Shown in pieces: positions 9,993 to 19,866 of a stretch of 64,000 bases of DNA. The DNA lies in assembly GCA_965200315.1 (NCBI GenBank), contig OZ241362.1, positions 3,072,001 through 3,136,000 on the forward strand, in the 5' to 3' direction. Each line of letters starts with the position of its first letter. Position 1 is the stretch's first letter. A program made the position numbers and the translations under genes. A model generated the notes under the pieces. It worked only from the letters and a program-made list of their open reading frames with translations. It was not told where the DNA came from and did no database searches. This stretch comes from Candidatus Latescibacterota bacterium. GTDB lineage: Bacteria; Latescibacterota; UBA2968; UBA8231.

Positions 9993-11210
9993 CTAGTCAA
10001 TGGCGTCTCGGAGCAGTATTTTCCTCGCGGCTTCATTCTCGGATGCGAACAGAAATGCTGCGGCGCTGTCGAGGTGTGTGGTCGCCCGCTCGTCCGCCGC
10101 TGCTTGCTGGCGAAGCTGGTATAACGCGATGGGCAGCCGCAGGTCTTCTCGGTTGTAGGGAAAGGTCTTACCGGCTTGCTTTTTGCGGTAGTTCTGCAAC
10201 GCTTCAAGATAGCGATAGCCGAATTCTATCGTCGGCTCGATTATGGTGCCCTCGCCGTAATCGTTCCAAGTGATGATCTGGATCAGCGATGCGTGCGCTC
10301 CGGCGAGTTCTAACGTTTCCCCGAAAACTGCTCCCTCTTGGTCGTCGAGGTAGCCGTAGCTTGCGCGCACACCGGCTTCCTCGTAGATGTCGTGGAACTT
10401 GGGAAACGCCGTGCCAACGCCGCCTCGCTCGTAGAGCTGGCTTAGGTAGGTGCGCCAAGCGGCAGCAGGCACGACGCGACCGTCGTGTACTGGAGGCCAG
10501 CCGAATACTCCGTCGGCCTCTTCCTGTAGTGAGTTCAGGGTGTAGAAGTGCGGAGGTTGCGGCAAGCCCGAAAACAGCTCCTTCCACTGCGCTCCTTTGA
10601 AGTACTGAGGACCGAATACGAACAGCAGGGGCCGGCCGGCGATCTTGGCGTATTCGTCGGCGACAAACCAGTGCTCCTGCATCCAACGCAAGACGTTCTG
10701 GCCGTGGCTAAGGGCTTGGCTCTCGCGGAGAATCCCATCGTCGACGAGGTGCTTTGCCGATTGGTCTTCGTAACATATTGCGAAGCTCAATCCGGCCTTT
10801 TTGATGTATGTGATTAAGTGGTCTGTATTGCGATGGATCGCGGCGTAATCGTAGTGATCTTTAATGCCGTACCAGTCGATGATTGCGCCATCGATGCCCG
10901 CGAATTTCATAAGCAATACATGACATTCTAAGGCGTGTGGGTCGTTTGAATCGTATGGCCCGATCAGTGGGTAGTAATGAGAGGCTATGTCGCGGCGGCC
11001 ATCGTCGGCGATGGTGTCGGGATCAAAGTGATTCATGGTCCAATGCCAGCCCCATTCGCCGCTGATCGGCTCCGACGCGTACCAAGGCATGTAGTGGACC
11101 ATTATTCGGGGGCTTGCCGCAGACAGCGGCTGAATGTTCGGGTCAACGAGGCTTTTGCCGCAGGAATGCAGCGACACACAGCACAGGGCGATGAGTGGGA
11201 GGCGTTTCAC
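9993..11210 (-). CDS. GH99/GH71-like glycoside hydrolase, probable lipoprotein
   Basis: Lipobox-like LHSC; VHYMPWY, HYYPLIGPYDSNDP, ITWNDYGEGTIIEP. Confidence 0.8.
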   Translation of the reverse strand: MKRLPLIALCCVSLHSCGKSLVDPNIQPLSAASPRIMVHYMPWYASEPISGEWGWHWTMNHFDPDTIADDGRRDIASHYYPLIGPYDSNDPHALECHVLLMKFAGIDGAIIDWYGIKDHYDYAAIHRNTDHLITYIKKAGLSFAICYEDQSAKHLVDDGILRESQALSHGQNVLRWMQEHWFVADEYAKIAGRPLLFVFGPQYFKGAQWKELFSGLPQPPHFYTLNSLQEEADGVFGWPPVHDGRVVPAAAWRTYLSQLYERGGVGTAFPKFHDIYEEAGVRASYGYLDDQEGAVFGETLELAGAHASLIQIITWNDYGEGTIIEPTIEFGYRYLEALQNYRKKQAGKTFPYNREDLRLPIALYQLRQQAAADERATTHLDSAAAFLFASENEAARKILLRDAID

Positions 11211-11215
11211 TTAAT

Positions 11216-14164
11216 TCAGGGTTTAGGATTTTGGGGGCTGGCCTCAATGCGGAAGATGGCTTGGGTGTTTTCGTCGCTAGTCAAGTAGAGGTGTCCGGCG
11301 TCGTCCGTAGTCAGCCCAACCGGCTTACCCCACACATTAGCGGCGTTAAAAGAGAAAAAACCGAATAACCCACCCAATCCGGTACCCCCGTTGTCCTCGC
11401 TGGAATCGAGCCGGAAGCCGGTGAGAAAATCGGCGACGCGGGCGTTGGACCCATCCGGCTCGGCAAAGAGCACCATGACCTTGTAGCCGGGATCGTTGCC
11501 CAAAGCTCCAGCGCGGCAGGCGACGAACGCGGCGTGTTTGTACTGAGGGGGAAACTGGTCGTGCGTGTAGAAATGCAGCGCCATGGGGGCCAAGTGGGCG
11601 GGAATGAGGACGGCTGGAGTATCCATGTTGGCAACCAACAGCGAATCGGCAGCGGTCAGCGGGAAGATAGACCTTCCGTAAGAGGAAAAATCGGTCCAGA
11701 CTTTGTCCCCGTACGCCAACGGCCAGCCATAGAAGCCGCCGTCGCGGAGCGGGGTGATCCACTCCGGCGGCAGGTTTGGACCCTCGCGATCGTGCCCAGT
11801 GTTGGCAGCCCAGAGTTCGCCGGTGACGGGGTGCAGGTCGAGGCCGATGGCATTGCGCAGCCCTGAAGCAAAGATCCGCCGACCTGTGCCGTCGGTGTTC
11901 ATCTGCATGACGGTGGACCGCTCCGGGTCATCTTCGCGGCAGATGTCGCAACCTGAGCCAATGTGGAAGTAGAGCTTGTCGTTGGACTCGTCGAAAACCA
12001 GCGTATGGGTTACGTGCTCAACGGCACGACCCATGAAACCGGGCACCTCGGCGAAGACGGCGCGCTCCTCGTAAAAGCCGTCCGAATCCCGGTCTTCGAG
12101 GCGGTAAATGGCATCGTCGTCTGCGACAAAGAGCGCCCCCTTGTAGAAGGCGATGCTGTGGGGCCAGTTGAGGTCATCAACCGCTTTGTACACAGTGTCG
12201 GCGCGGCCGTCGCCGTCTTTGTCGGGCAGGGCTAACACGGTGCCTTGGCGGCCGGGGACCGGGGTCCAAGTACCCCGAGGCTTCATATTGGCCACGTGTA
12301 AGACTCCTTGGTCGTCCCATGCCATGAAGCGGGCTTTATCTACTTGGTCGGAGAAGAGTTTGACCTTAAAGCCGGGGGGAAGATTGAGCGTGTGATCGGG
12401 GAGTCCCTCAACAGGGGTTGGTTCGAGGTGGAGATCGATCTTGGGCGTTAAGCGGATCTGACTGGGCGGGTCCTCGCCTTGGAGGGTGGCGAGATACTCG
12501 TCGAATCCTTCGCGCGAGCCGTGCCGGCGCTCGTACAGCGCGGCTAGGGCCGCTTGGCAGGGGTTGGGGCCCCAGCTTCGGATTTCGAGGCCAGCGAGAT
12601 AGGCGTCCGCTGCCTTGTCGAGCCAAGTGTCGGCTGCCTCGGCCTCGGTCGCCAGATGCTCGAACACCTGGCCTAAGTGATAGTGGGCACGGGTGTTTCT
12701 TGCCCAGAACTCCAGCGCCCGCTCGAGCTCGTCGCGGCCTTCCTCGACGCGACCCGCTTTGTAGAGTGCCCACCCGAGGGCGTCGTGGACGAGGCCCAAG
12801 TAGTAGTCTGGCCGCTCCGCTTCGGCACTATCGAGCGTGGTCTGTATGAGACCCCGAGCGATTGCGGCCGTCTCCTCGGCGTACGGCGTGTGGTCGATCA
12901 TCAAGATAAGGGCACTGTACGTTAGGTGCGGGATGATGGACTGCTCGTACTGGATCAATTCGCGCACCGCCTCGGCGAGTTCCTCGGCCGGAACCGGGTT
13001 CATGGCGCTTAGGGAACTAAAGAGCGCTCGGTACGGCCGCTCGCGGAAGCTATCGTCGTAGAGAGGTTTTTCGAGAAACCGATAGGCCGCGTCGCAGATG
13101 AGGCGAAGCTGATTTTGGTACTCCGGCGCGTCGCGACCGATGCGCTCCAACTCGGACTGCAATTGTCGGTGCTCCCGTTGGAACTTCTCTTGGTGGAGCC
13201 GCGACGCATGTCGGCCCGCAGGAGCCTGCGCCAGCAGCTTGGCCTCGAACGCCGCCGCCTGCTCTTCGTCCCCGAGTACGTTCCTATAAGCCGTGGTGAG
13301 CAGGGCGAGGCCGCGCACGGTCTCCGGAACGGCCTGCCGATACGCGGCGATGCTGGCCTCAATGGCGGTGCGTCGCTCGTCGGCCGGGAGCTGATCCGTC
13401 TCGTTGAGAATCTGCCAATGCAAGTAGCGCACATCCGCGGAGCTTGGGGAGAGGCACACGGCCTCTTCGATCAGTGGGTGCGCCTCCTGAGGCTTGTTGG
13501 ACCGGTATAGCTGTTGCGCGGCACTAAAGTAGCCGCTGACGTGGTCGGGCCAACGCGCTCGAAGCATGGCTAAGGTAGCGAGGCTCGTATCCGCATAGGC
13601 GGGATCCTCTAGCTGGTACTGTGCCCAGTACTCGAATTCCGCACGGGCGTGGAGGACTTCGGGATGCTGGCGGGTCGCCGCGTCTAGTGAGTCCAGAAAT
13701 GCCATCCCTGCTTCCGCGTTTCTGAACCGAAGCACCTGAAGATGTGCTGCGGCGAACTCGGGCTGGGGTAGCAACCTCCAAGCGCGCAGGCTGGACTCGG
13801 CCGCTTCGTCGGAATAGTGCCAGTCTGTCAAAAACGCGAGTGCTTGCGCGTAGAGCCCCCACGGGTTGTCCGGCTCTCGTTTCAAGACCGCGTCTGCTTG
13901 CTCTTGGATCTCTCGGCGTCCGTACAACTGCCCGTGTAGCTGACGTGCGTAGAGTGCCCGCAGCTCGGCGTCCTCTGGCGCGCGGCGCGTCCATTCACGG
14001 CCGAGTACGGCTCCCTCCTCAAACGTCCACAACCGATTGTGCTCGCGCAGTTCGGCTTTCGCCGCTTTTAGCTCTTGGGGCGAGTAGTGTTGCTCGGTTT
14101 CGTTTGCGGTGCAGACGCAGACGCTCAACATCAATCCGATGAGACTGCCGATCAAAGACTTCAT
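11216..14164 (-). CDS. Secreted TPR-repeat protein fused to a glucose/sorbosone dehydrogenase-like beta-propeller
   Basis: Signal peptide MKSLIGSLIGL; TPRs (HDALGWALYKAG); C-terminal LPPGFKVKLF, GSGCDICRE, GLRNAIGL, GGFYGWP, GKPVGL. Confidence 0.8.
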   Translation of the reverse strand: MKSLIGSLIGLMLSVCVCTANETEQHYSPQELKAAKAELREHNRLWTFEEGAVLGREWTRRAPEDAELRALYARQLHGQLYGRREIQEQADAVLKREPDNPWGLYAQALAFLTDWHYSDEAAESSLRAWRLLPQPEFAAAHLQVLRFRNAEAGMAFLDSLDAATRQHPEVLHARAEFEYWAQYQLEDPAYADTSLATLAMLRARWPDHVSGYFSAAQQLYRSNKPQEAHPLIEEAVCLSPSSADVRYLHWQILNETDQLPADERRTAIEASIAAYRQAVPETVRGLALLTTAYRNVLGDEEQAAAFEAKLLAQAPAGRHASRLHQEKFQREHRQLQSELERIGRDAPEYQNQLRLICDAAYRFLEKPLYDDSFRERPYRALFSSLSAMNPVPAEELAEAVRELIQYEQSIIPHLTYSALILMIDHTPYAEETAAIARGLIQTTLDSAEAERPDYYLGLVHDALGWALYKAGRVEEGRDELERALEFWARNTRAHYHLGQVFEHLATEAEAADTWLDKAADAYLAGLEIRSWGPNPCQAALAALYERRHGSREGFDEYLATLQGEDPPSQIRLTPKIDLHLEPTPVEGLPDHTLNLPPGFKVKLFSDQVDKARFMAWDDQGVLHVANMKPRGTWTPVPGRQGTVLALPDKDGDGRADTVYKAVDDLNWPHSIAFYKGALFVADDDAIYRLEDRDSDGFYEERAVFAEVPGFMGRAVEHVTHTLVFDESNDKLYFHIGSGCDICREDDPERSTVMQMNTDGTGRRIFASGLRNAIGLDLHPVTGELWAANTGHDREGPNLPPEWITPLRDGGFYGWPLAYGDKVWTDFSSYGRSIFPLTAADSLLVANMDTPAVLIPAHLAPMALHFYTHDQFPPQYKHAAFVACRAGALGNDPGYKVMVLFAEPDGSNARVADFLTGFRLDSSEDNGGTGLGGLFGFFSFNAANVWGKPVGLTTDDAGHLYLTSDENTQAIFRIEASPQNPKP

Positions 14165-14388
14165 AGGGCAAACACCTTTAGAAAGGGTTTTGAGAAGGCT
14201 CTTCCCGGAGGCGCTGCGTGAGTAGGCTGGACAGACATGGAAACTCCGGTGGTTTGAGGTGCTGCTATTCAAACATAAGGAATCGGGATTTTGACGTTCA
14301 AATTCAACTAACAGTAACGCGGCTAGGCTAATGGCGGGAGATCTACGCGGCCCTTGACAGAGAGTGATGGTATTTTTTTGCTATCAGT

Positions 14389-14619
14389 ATGAAATCACTA
14401 CATATCAGAGACGTAGATCCCAACACTCTGGCTGCCCTGAAACGGCTGGCTAAGAGCCACCGTCGCTCGCTCCAGGGAGAGCTGCATACAATACTGGAGC
14501 GGGCCGCTCGCACCGCACCGCCCGAGCAGCCAGATGCGATATCTTGGATTACGGTGGAGACCGGCCGAGCCACATCGACGTGGTCTCGAAGCGAGATTTA
14601 CGATGACGACGGCAGGTGA
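14389..14619 (+). CDS. FitA/Arc-like ribbon-helix-helix antitoxin
   Basis: LHIRDVDP..LAALKRLAKSHRRSLQGELHTIL; overlaps the PIN gene. Confidence 0.8.
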   Translation: MKSLHIRDVDPNTLAALKRLAKSHRRSLQGELHTILERAARTAPPEQPDAISWITVETGRATSTWSRSEIYDDDGR

Positions 14620-15061
14620 GGTCCTGTTCGCCGACACCAACGTGTTCTTGGCGGCCACAGACCGTTCACGCAGGCACCACACCGAGGCTCGGGAACTATT
14701 GCAAGCGGCAGGAGAAGGCAAAGCGATTCTGGCCATCAGCGGTCAGATAATCCGCGAGTACCTAGTGGTCGCCACGCGTCCTGTCGAAGTCAATGGTCTC
14801 GGTTTGGCCGTGGAAGACGCGCTGAAGAACATTGACGTTTTCACTCGTCCGCCTTTCCTGTTCTGCGAGGAGTCAGAGAGAGTGGCCCACCGCCTGCGGG
14901 ACCTCGTGCAGACGCATCGCCTGACGGGCAAGCGCGTCCACGACGGCAACATCGTGGCGACCATGATCGCGGAGGGGATTGATCGTTTGATCACCGAGAA
15001 TCCGGGGGACTTTGCCTCTTTCAAAGAGATCGAAGCCATCGGGCTGACATTTACGAGGTAG
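14603..15061 (+). CDS. PIN-domain (VapC-like) toxin
   Basis: FADTNVFL, IIREYLVVATRP, VHDGNIVATM, LITENPGDF. Confidence 0.88.
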   Translation: MTTAGEVLFADTNVFLAATDRSRRHHTEARELLQAAGEGKAILAISGQIIREYLVVATRPVEVNGLGLAVEDALKNIDVFTRPPFLFCEESERVAHRLRDLVQTHRLTGKRVHDGNIVATMIAEGIDRLITENPGDFASFKEIEAIGLTFTR

Positions 15062-15140
15062 CGTTTGGTCGTTTCAGCCCGTACTTGTGCAGGCGGTGCC
15101 GCAGCCTCTCTGGGCCGATGCCCAACAACCGAGCCGCCCC

Positions 15141-15495
15141 TCACGGGCCATAGATCCGCGAGTTGGTGACTTCGAGGGCCGCTAAAATGCGCTGCTTTTC
15201 GTCCTCATCTTTGGCATCCCCGGCGAAGCCTTGTTCAACAGGCAGGGCAAGTTCCGCCTCGGCAGCCTGAAACGCGGCACATCCACCACCTGAATGACGG
15301 CCCTGTCGCCCAACACGACCGCCTGCTGGACTTACGTGCTCCAACGAACGTGCCGAATAACAGCCGTCCGTAAGCAAATGGCCAGCCATAGAAGCCGCGT
15401 TGATCTTGTTAGATATCTTCCACCTGCATCCCGGCCAACCCGTCGAAAACCGTGTATTGCTGTCCGAGGATGTGATCAAATAGTTTTTCTTCCCT
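15141..15495 (-). pseudogene. Remnant of a propeller-repeat / sigma54-type regulator gene
   Basis: QYTVFDGLAGMQVEDI*QDQRG (Reg_prop-like start with a stop) followed by EDEKQRILAALEVTNSRIYGP (Fis-type HTH start). Confidence 0.45.
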
Positions 15496-15534
15496 AATAG
15501 GGAATCAGTATTGAACGGGGCGCAGACGCGAGAC

Positions 15535-16557
15535 CTACGAGGGCGTCGGCGCGTCTTCCCGCAACAGTCCTTCCGCCTTTAGCTCGGCCCACAGGTCCGT
15601 TGGTATTTCGTACTGAAACCACTGTGCGTTGGTTTCGATGTGGGCCGGCGTCTGTGCCCCCGGTATAATCGCTGCGACGAGAGGATTCCCGAGCGGGAAC
15701 TGCATGGCGGCGGCGGGCAAGGGCACGTCGTGCCGCTGGCAGACAGCTTGGATGCGGCGGGTCTTTTCGAGGATTTCGGGCGAGGCAGTGTCATAGGCGT
15801 AGCGGGCACCTTCAACCGGGCCGGCGGCGAGGATGCCGGAAGCGAAAACCGCGCCGATGACGATGCGCACGTCGCGCTCCTCGCAGAGCGGGAACTCCTC
15901 GTCGAGGGAGTCTTGGTCCAAGAGCGTGTAGGGCATGGCGACGATGCAGAAGTCGAGGTCGGCCGCGTCGAGCAGGCGCGGCATGGCCCCCATGCGGTTG
16001 AGGCCCGCGCCGACGGCCTTGACTAGCCCTTGGGAACGGAGTTCGTCGAGCGCGCGCCAGCCGCTGGTGATTAGGTGGTTGACGTGGGCGGAGAAGCGCT
16101 GCTCGCTGTCGTGGAAGAAGCTGTCGAGGTCGTGGATTAGAAGCAGGTCAATGGCGTTGAGGCTCAGCCGCTGCAAGCTATCTTCCCACGAGCGCATAAT
16201 GCCGTCGTACCCATAGTCGAAGCGGAAGTCGAAGGGCAGGCCGCCGATCCAGAAGCCCTTCTCGAAAGAATCGAGATCGCGGGTGGCCGTGAGCACTCGG
16301 CCGACCTTGGTCGAGAGCACGAAGTCGCCGCGCTCCTGCTGGCGGAGAAAGTAGCCGAGGCGGTGTTCGCTTTTGCCGTAGCCGTAGAACGGGGCCGTGT
16401 CGTAGTAGCGGATGCCGGCGTTCCAAGCCGCTTGCAGGGTGTCTTGAGCTTGGGGTTCGCTGACGGGATCGAAAAGCTCACCTAAAGGAGCGCCGCCAAA
16501 GCCGAGCGTGCTTAGCTCGACGCCGGTGCGCAAAGCGCGCGTGGGGATAGTGGACAT
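15535..16557 (-). CDS. Aldo/keto reductase (D-threo-aldose dehydrogenase-like)
   Basis: LGFGGAPLG, YYDTAPFYGYGKSE, STKVGR, LLLIHD. Confidence 0.9.
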   Translation of the reverse strand: MSTIPTRALRTGVELSTLGFGGAPLGELFDPVSEPQAQDTLQAAWNAGIRYYDTAPFYGYGKSEHRLGYFLRQQERGDFVLSTKVGRVLTATRDLDSFEKGFWIGGLPFDFRFDYGYDGIMRSWEDSLQRLSLNAIDLLLIHDLDSFFHDSEQRFSAHVNHLITSGWRALDELRSQGLVKAVGAGLNRMGAMPRLLDAADLDFCIVAMPYTLLDQDSLDEEFPLCEERDVRIVIGAVFASGILAAGPVEGARYAYDTASPEILEKTRRIQAVCQRHDVPLPAAAMQFPLGNPLVAAIIPGAQTPAHIETNAQWFQYEIPTDLWAELKAEGLLREDAPTPS

Positions 16558-16706
16558 AGGATGCTTCCTTTCGTTTGTAGGTTGCTACCGTTATATCTTT
16601 TTACTGACCGTGCGGCCGGAGGGAGAAGCGTTGTAGTGTCTGTTGGGCAACGATGAAACGGTTGGAGGATAAAGCATTGCAGAGGCTAGACAGACGATAT
16701 TCCAGT

Positions 16707-17080
16707 TCAGTTTGCCGTAACCGAGGCACGTATGCGCTCGACTAAAAGGACATTGACTAAGGTTTCAACCGACGCGCCTTGTGCCTCGGCATTCTGCATG
16801 AGTTCTTCCGCTATTTCAGGAAGAATAGCAACGCGATTGCTCGTTTCTCACGGTTAGTCATACTCCGGGCAGTTATAGGCTCATAGACAGTGTCTTTGAT
16901 ATGCTCCAATACGACAAATAAGTACCGCCCGTCTGATGTCTGTCCATAGGGAAGATAGCGATTGCGTCCCTGACGGCGCGCTGAGTGAACTTCCCAGACT
17001 TCATCTGGCTCCACGCCGGGTCGAGCAATATGTTAAATGTGATAATCGTCCCAATCCAATCTGCTGATATACGTGTTCAC
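16707..17080 (-). pseudogene. Degraded BrnT-like toxin plus CopG-like antitoxin C-terminus
   Basis: ISRLDWDDYHI*HIARPGVEPDEV...YGQTSDGRYLFVVL..PITARSMTNREK, then in another frame NRVAILPEIAEELMQNAEAQGASVETLVNVLLVERI. Confidence 0.7.
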
Positions 17081-17114
17081 CCGAACCAATTTTTATACTA
17101 TCTGACTTCGCTGA

Positions 17115-18479
17115 CTAGAAACGGCCGTGATGCGATTCGGCTGGCGCTCGGTACTCCACTTTGAGGTGGGGCGTTTTGAGCCGCTTGTAGCCCTTCACTT
17201 TGGAGGTCAGACAGCTTTCGAGTGCGCCGCTGACGATTAGGGTGCGCTCGGCGGGAAAGGGTGCTTGGCCGGTCTCGATCATTTCCCAGATCTTGGCCAC
17301 CAGACAGGCCGAGTACGTGACGTTGGGCGTCGGCGGCAAGAAAAATTGGGTCGAGATGGGATCGTCTTCGCCAGCTATCTTGCAGGCGAAGCAGTAGTCG
17401 CGGATGGCACCGTTGAGCATCAGGAGGGTCGTCTTAAGGCCGTCGTTGTGCTCGATGAAGTACGCGGCCGGCTCTTTGACGAGTTGGGGCAATTCGCCGT
17501 TGCCGAGCAGGTCTTGGGTGCGGCCGTCCTCGTCGGTTTTGCCGCAAGGAGAGTCGCTGCGCGAGAGGGCGGATTCGAGCAGTTTTAGCGAATAGCGCCC
17601 TTCCTCACCCGCCTTCCACACATCGTCTCCCTCGATCAATTGCACGGATTTAACGCCGGTCTCGCCGCCTGAGCGCCGCTCAATCATGCACTGCATGGCT
17701 TCTAGCGCGTGGTAATCCATGGGGTCAGAGCCGCCGACGCCGACCATCAGCGCCTCTTCGATCTGGCAACCCAAGGGCAGCTCGACATCGGGCAGACGCC
17801 AAGTGACCGGTAGCGACGAACCGGCGAGAATCGGGAAGCCGAGCCGGTGGCCGTCGTCGACCATTTCTCGCGCCTTGTCAAAGCTGTAGGAGAGGTGCTT
17901 GTCGTTGTAGATGGGCGCGGTGCGGCCGTCTTGTTCAAAGACCTTGACGCATTCTTTGAAAAACTCGTAGCGCGGGTACAGAACCTGTCCTTTGTCGTTT
18001 CTGGGGTACTCGCCGTGCTCGCCGATGATCAGCACTGCGTCGCAAGCTAGTTCGTCGCCGCCGCAGCGCAGGGCCTCGGCGATGGTGGGGTACACGGCGA
18101 AGCCGAATTCGCGCGCCCGGTCTTGGCTTTGGTCGCCTTCGGGACGCTGATCGACGTAGAGCGAGACGATTTTGCAGTCGGGGCGGTGCCAGCGGCCGCC
18201 GTAGGGATAACCGACTAAAAAGCGGTCGGCAAAGTGCTGAGCGTGCGAGAGGTAGCGATAGATGGTAGCGATGACGGCGATGCGTTTGGGCTGAGAGGCT
18301 GCGCCCGGGCTTGGCAAGCCCCCGCTCCGGCCCAGATCTTCGACTTGGGTAGTGACGGGCGTCTGTGGTGGGTCTTGGGTGCGGACCGGCTGACTCTGCG
18401 TCTGGCGTTCGGGTTCGAGGGTTCCCGCGGTGGCCGATCCGAACAGAGAGTGGAACCGCTGTTTTCCGCGACGGGCCAT
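17115..18479 (-). CDS. Uncharacterised Rossmann-like oxidoreductase-family protein (paralog 1)
   Basis: SHAQH, YPTIAEAL, IGEHGEYP, NDKHLS, AGSSLPVTWR; clear paralogy to the upstream gene. Confidence 0.75.
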   Translation of the reverse strand: MARRGKQRFHSLFGSATAGTLEPERQTQSQPVRTQDPPQTPVTTQVEDLGRSGGLPSPGAASQPKRIAVIATIYRYLSHAQHFADRFLVGYPYGGRWHRPDCKIVSLYVDQRPEGDQSQDRAREFGFAVYPTIAEALRCGGDELACDAVLIIGEHGEYPRNDKGQVLYPRYEFFKECVKVFEQDGRTAPIYNDKHLSYSFDKAREMVDDGHRLGFPILAGSSLPVTWRLPDVELPLGCQIEEALMVGVGGSDPMDYHALEAMQCMIERRSGGETGVKSVQLIEGDDVWKAGEEGRYSLKLLESALSRSDSPCGKTDEDGRTQDLLGNGELPQLVKEPAAYFIEHNDGLKTTLLMLNGAIRDYCFACKIAGEDDPISTQFFLPPTPNVTYSACLVAKIWEMIETGQAPFPAERTLIVSGALESCLTSKVKGYKRLKTPHLKVEYRAPAESHHGRF

Positions 18480-18480
18480 T

Positions 18481-19701
18481 TTACGTCCTCCAGAAAGTGG
18501 ATTCTTCAGTGGCTTGATAGGCGATGTTTAGATGGGGCGTTGCTATTTGGGCCTGATCTTGCTGAAGGCTATCGACGCCGGCGATGACCAAACCCGAAGT
18601 GAGCAGAGTGCGTTCGACCGGATAGGTGGCTTTGCCGGTTAGGAACATCTGCTCAATGTTGTTGACCAGCGGGCTGAAGAAGTTGGCCAGCGTGGTGCGG
18701 GCCGGGGGCATGGGCAAGTACATCTGGGTCGAGAGCGGCTCGTTCTGCCCCGTGAGCCGGGCGGCAAAGTTGAAATCCTGAACTAGTCCGTTCATCAGCA
18801 TCATGGTCGAGCGGAGGCCGTCGGTGTGCTCGTACTGGTAGGCGACAGGGCTCTCGACTAGGTGCTTGAGCTCGTCGATGGTGGGGAAGGGGTTGTTGAA
18901 CCCAGGTCTTGCCGGAGTGAGCGTGTGGCTGCGGCAGAGGCAGGCTTCAAAAAGCTCGCGTGACCACGCGCCCGCGGCGTACGCTTGCCAGAAGGCATCG
19001 TCGCGGTAGGCCCGGAGCCATTTGACGCCCGTTTCGCCGCCCTTTCTGCGCTCGACCATGCACTGCAAGGTCTCCAAGCCGTGGAAGTCGTAGCTATCGA
19101 CGCCGCCATAGCAGACGCAGACCGCTTCTTCGACCTCGGCACCAAGGGGCATGTCGAGCGAGGGGGTGCGCCAAGTAACGGGCAACGAAGAGCCGGCCAT
19201 AAAGGCGAAATCGAGCTCTTGCGAAACATCGTACATCTCTTGGCACCAGTCCCAGTTCCAAGAGAGATGCTTGTCGTTGAACACGGGTGCGCTCTTGCCG
19301 GTCGTGCGATAGACCGAGACGATCTGTTTGAACAGCTCGTAGCGCGGATAGAGGTGCTGGCCCTTTTCATTGTGCTCGTAGGTGCCGTGCTCACCAACGA
19401 GCAGGACGCCATCGACAGCCAAATCGGCCCCACCCAGCGTCAGGGCGTCGGCGACGGTGGGGTAGATCGCCATGTGGGGGGCAGTCCGTCCGCAGCCTTG
19501 CGGACGCAAGCGGGCCGCCCGGTCTTGGCTCAGGTCGCCTTCGGGACGCTGATCCACGTACAGCGAGACCAGATCCATGGGCGGGCGGTGGTGTCGGCTG
19601 TTCCAGCCGTAGCCTTCGAGGAAGCGGTCGCAGATGTGCTGGGCGTGGGAATACTTGCGGTACTCGGTGACGATGCCGGCGATTCTGGGGCGGTCGGCCA
19701 T
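18481..19701 (-). CDS. Uncharacterised Rossmann-like oxidoreductase-family protein (paralog 2)
   Basis: Same motifs: SHAQH, VGEHGTYE, NDKHLS, AGSSLPVTWR, YPVERTLL; start MADRPRIAGIV. Confidence 0.75.
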   Translation of the reverse strand: MADRPRIAGIVTEYRKYSHAQHICDRFLEGYGWNSRHHRPPMDLVSLYVDQRPEGDLSQDRAARLRPQGCGRTAPHMAIYPTVADALTLGGADLAVDGVLLVGEHGTYEHNEKGQHLYPRYELFKQIVSVYRTTGKSAPVFNDKHLSWNWDWCQEMYDVSQELDFAFMAGSSLPVTWRTPSLDMPLGAEVEEAVCVCYGGVDSYDFHGLETLQCMVERRKGGETGVKWLRAYRDDAFWQAYAAGAWSRELFEACLCRSHTLTPARPGFNNPFPTIDELKHLVESPVAYQYEHTDGLRSTMMLMNGLVQDFNFAARLTGQNEPLSTQMYLPMPPARTTLANFFSPLVNNIEQMFLTGKATYPVERTLLTSGLVIAGVDSLQQDQAQIATPHLNIAYQATEESTFWRT

Positions 19702-19866
19702 GATGGTGGTCTCTCGACAGGGGGCGGTATTAACGGGTTTGGAGAGGGAAGGTAGGAGAAGGGAGTGGGGGGAGCAAGCTCGACGCAATGCCTCCCAGCC
19801 GGCGGCAACCCGGGCGTATCGTATATCGTATATTGTCATGCACTCACTCAATACCGAGAGGCAACC

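Noticed and set aside
16962-16976. TTGCGTCCCTGACGG as a third copy of the 19487/38280 hairpin element
   Set aside because: Lacks the inner stem and loop and lies in apparently ordinary BrnT coding sequence; probably chance.
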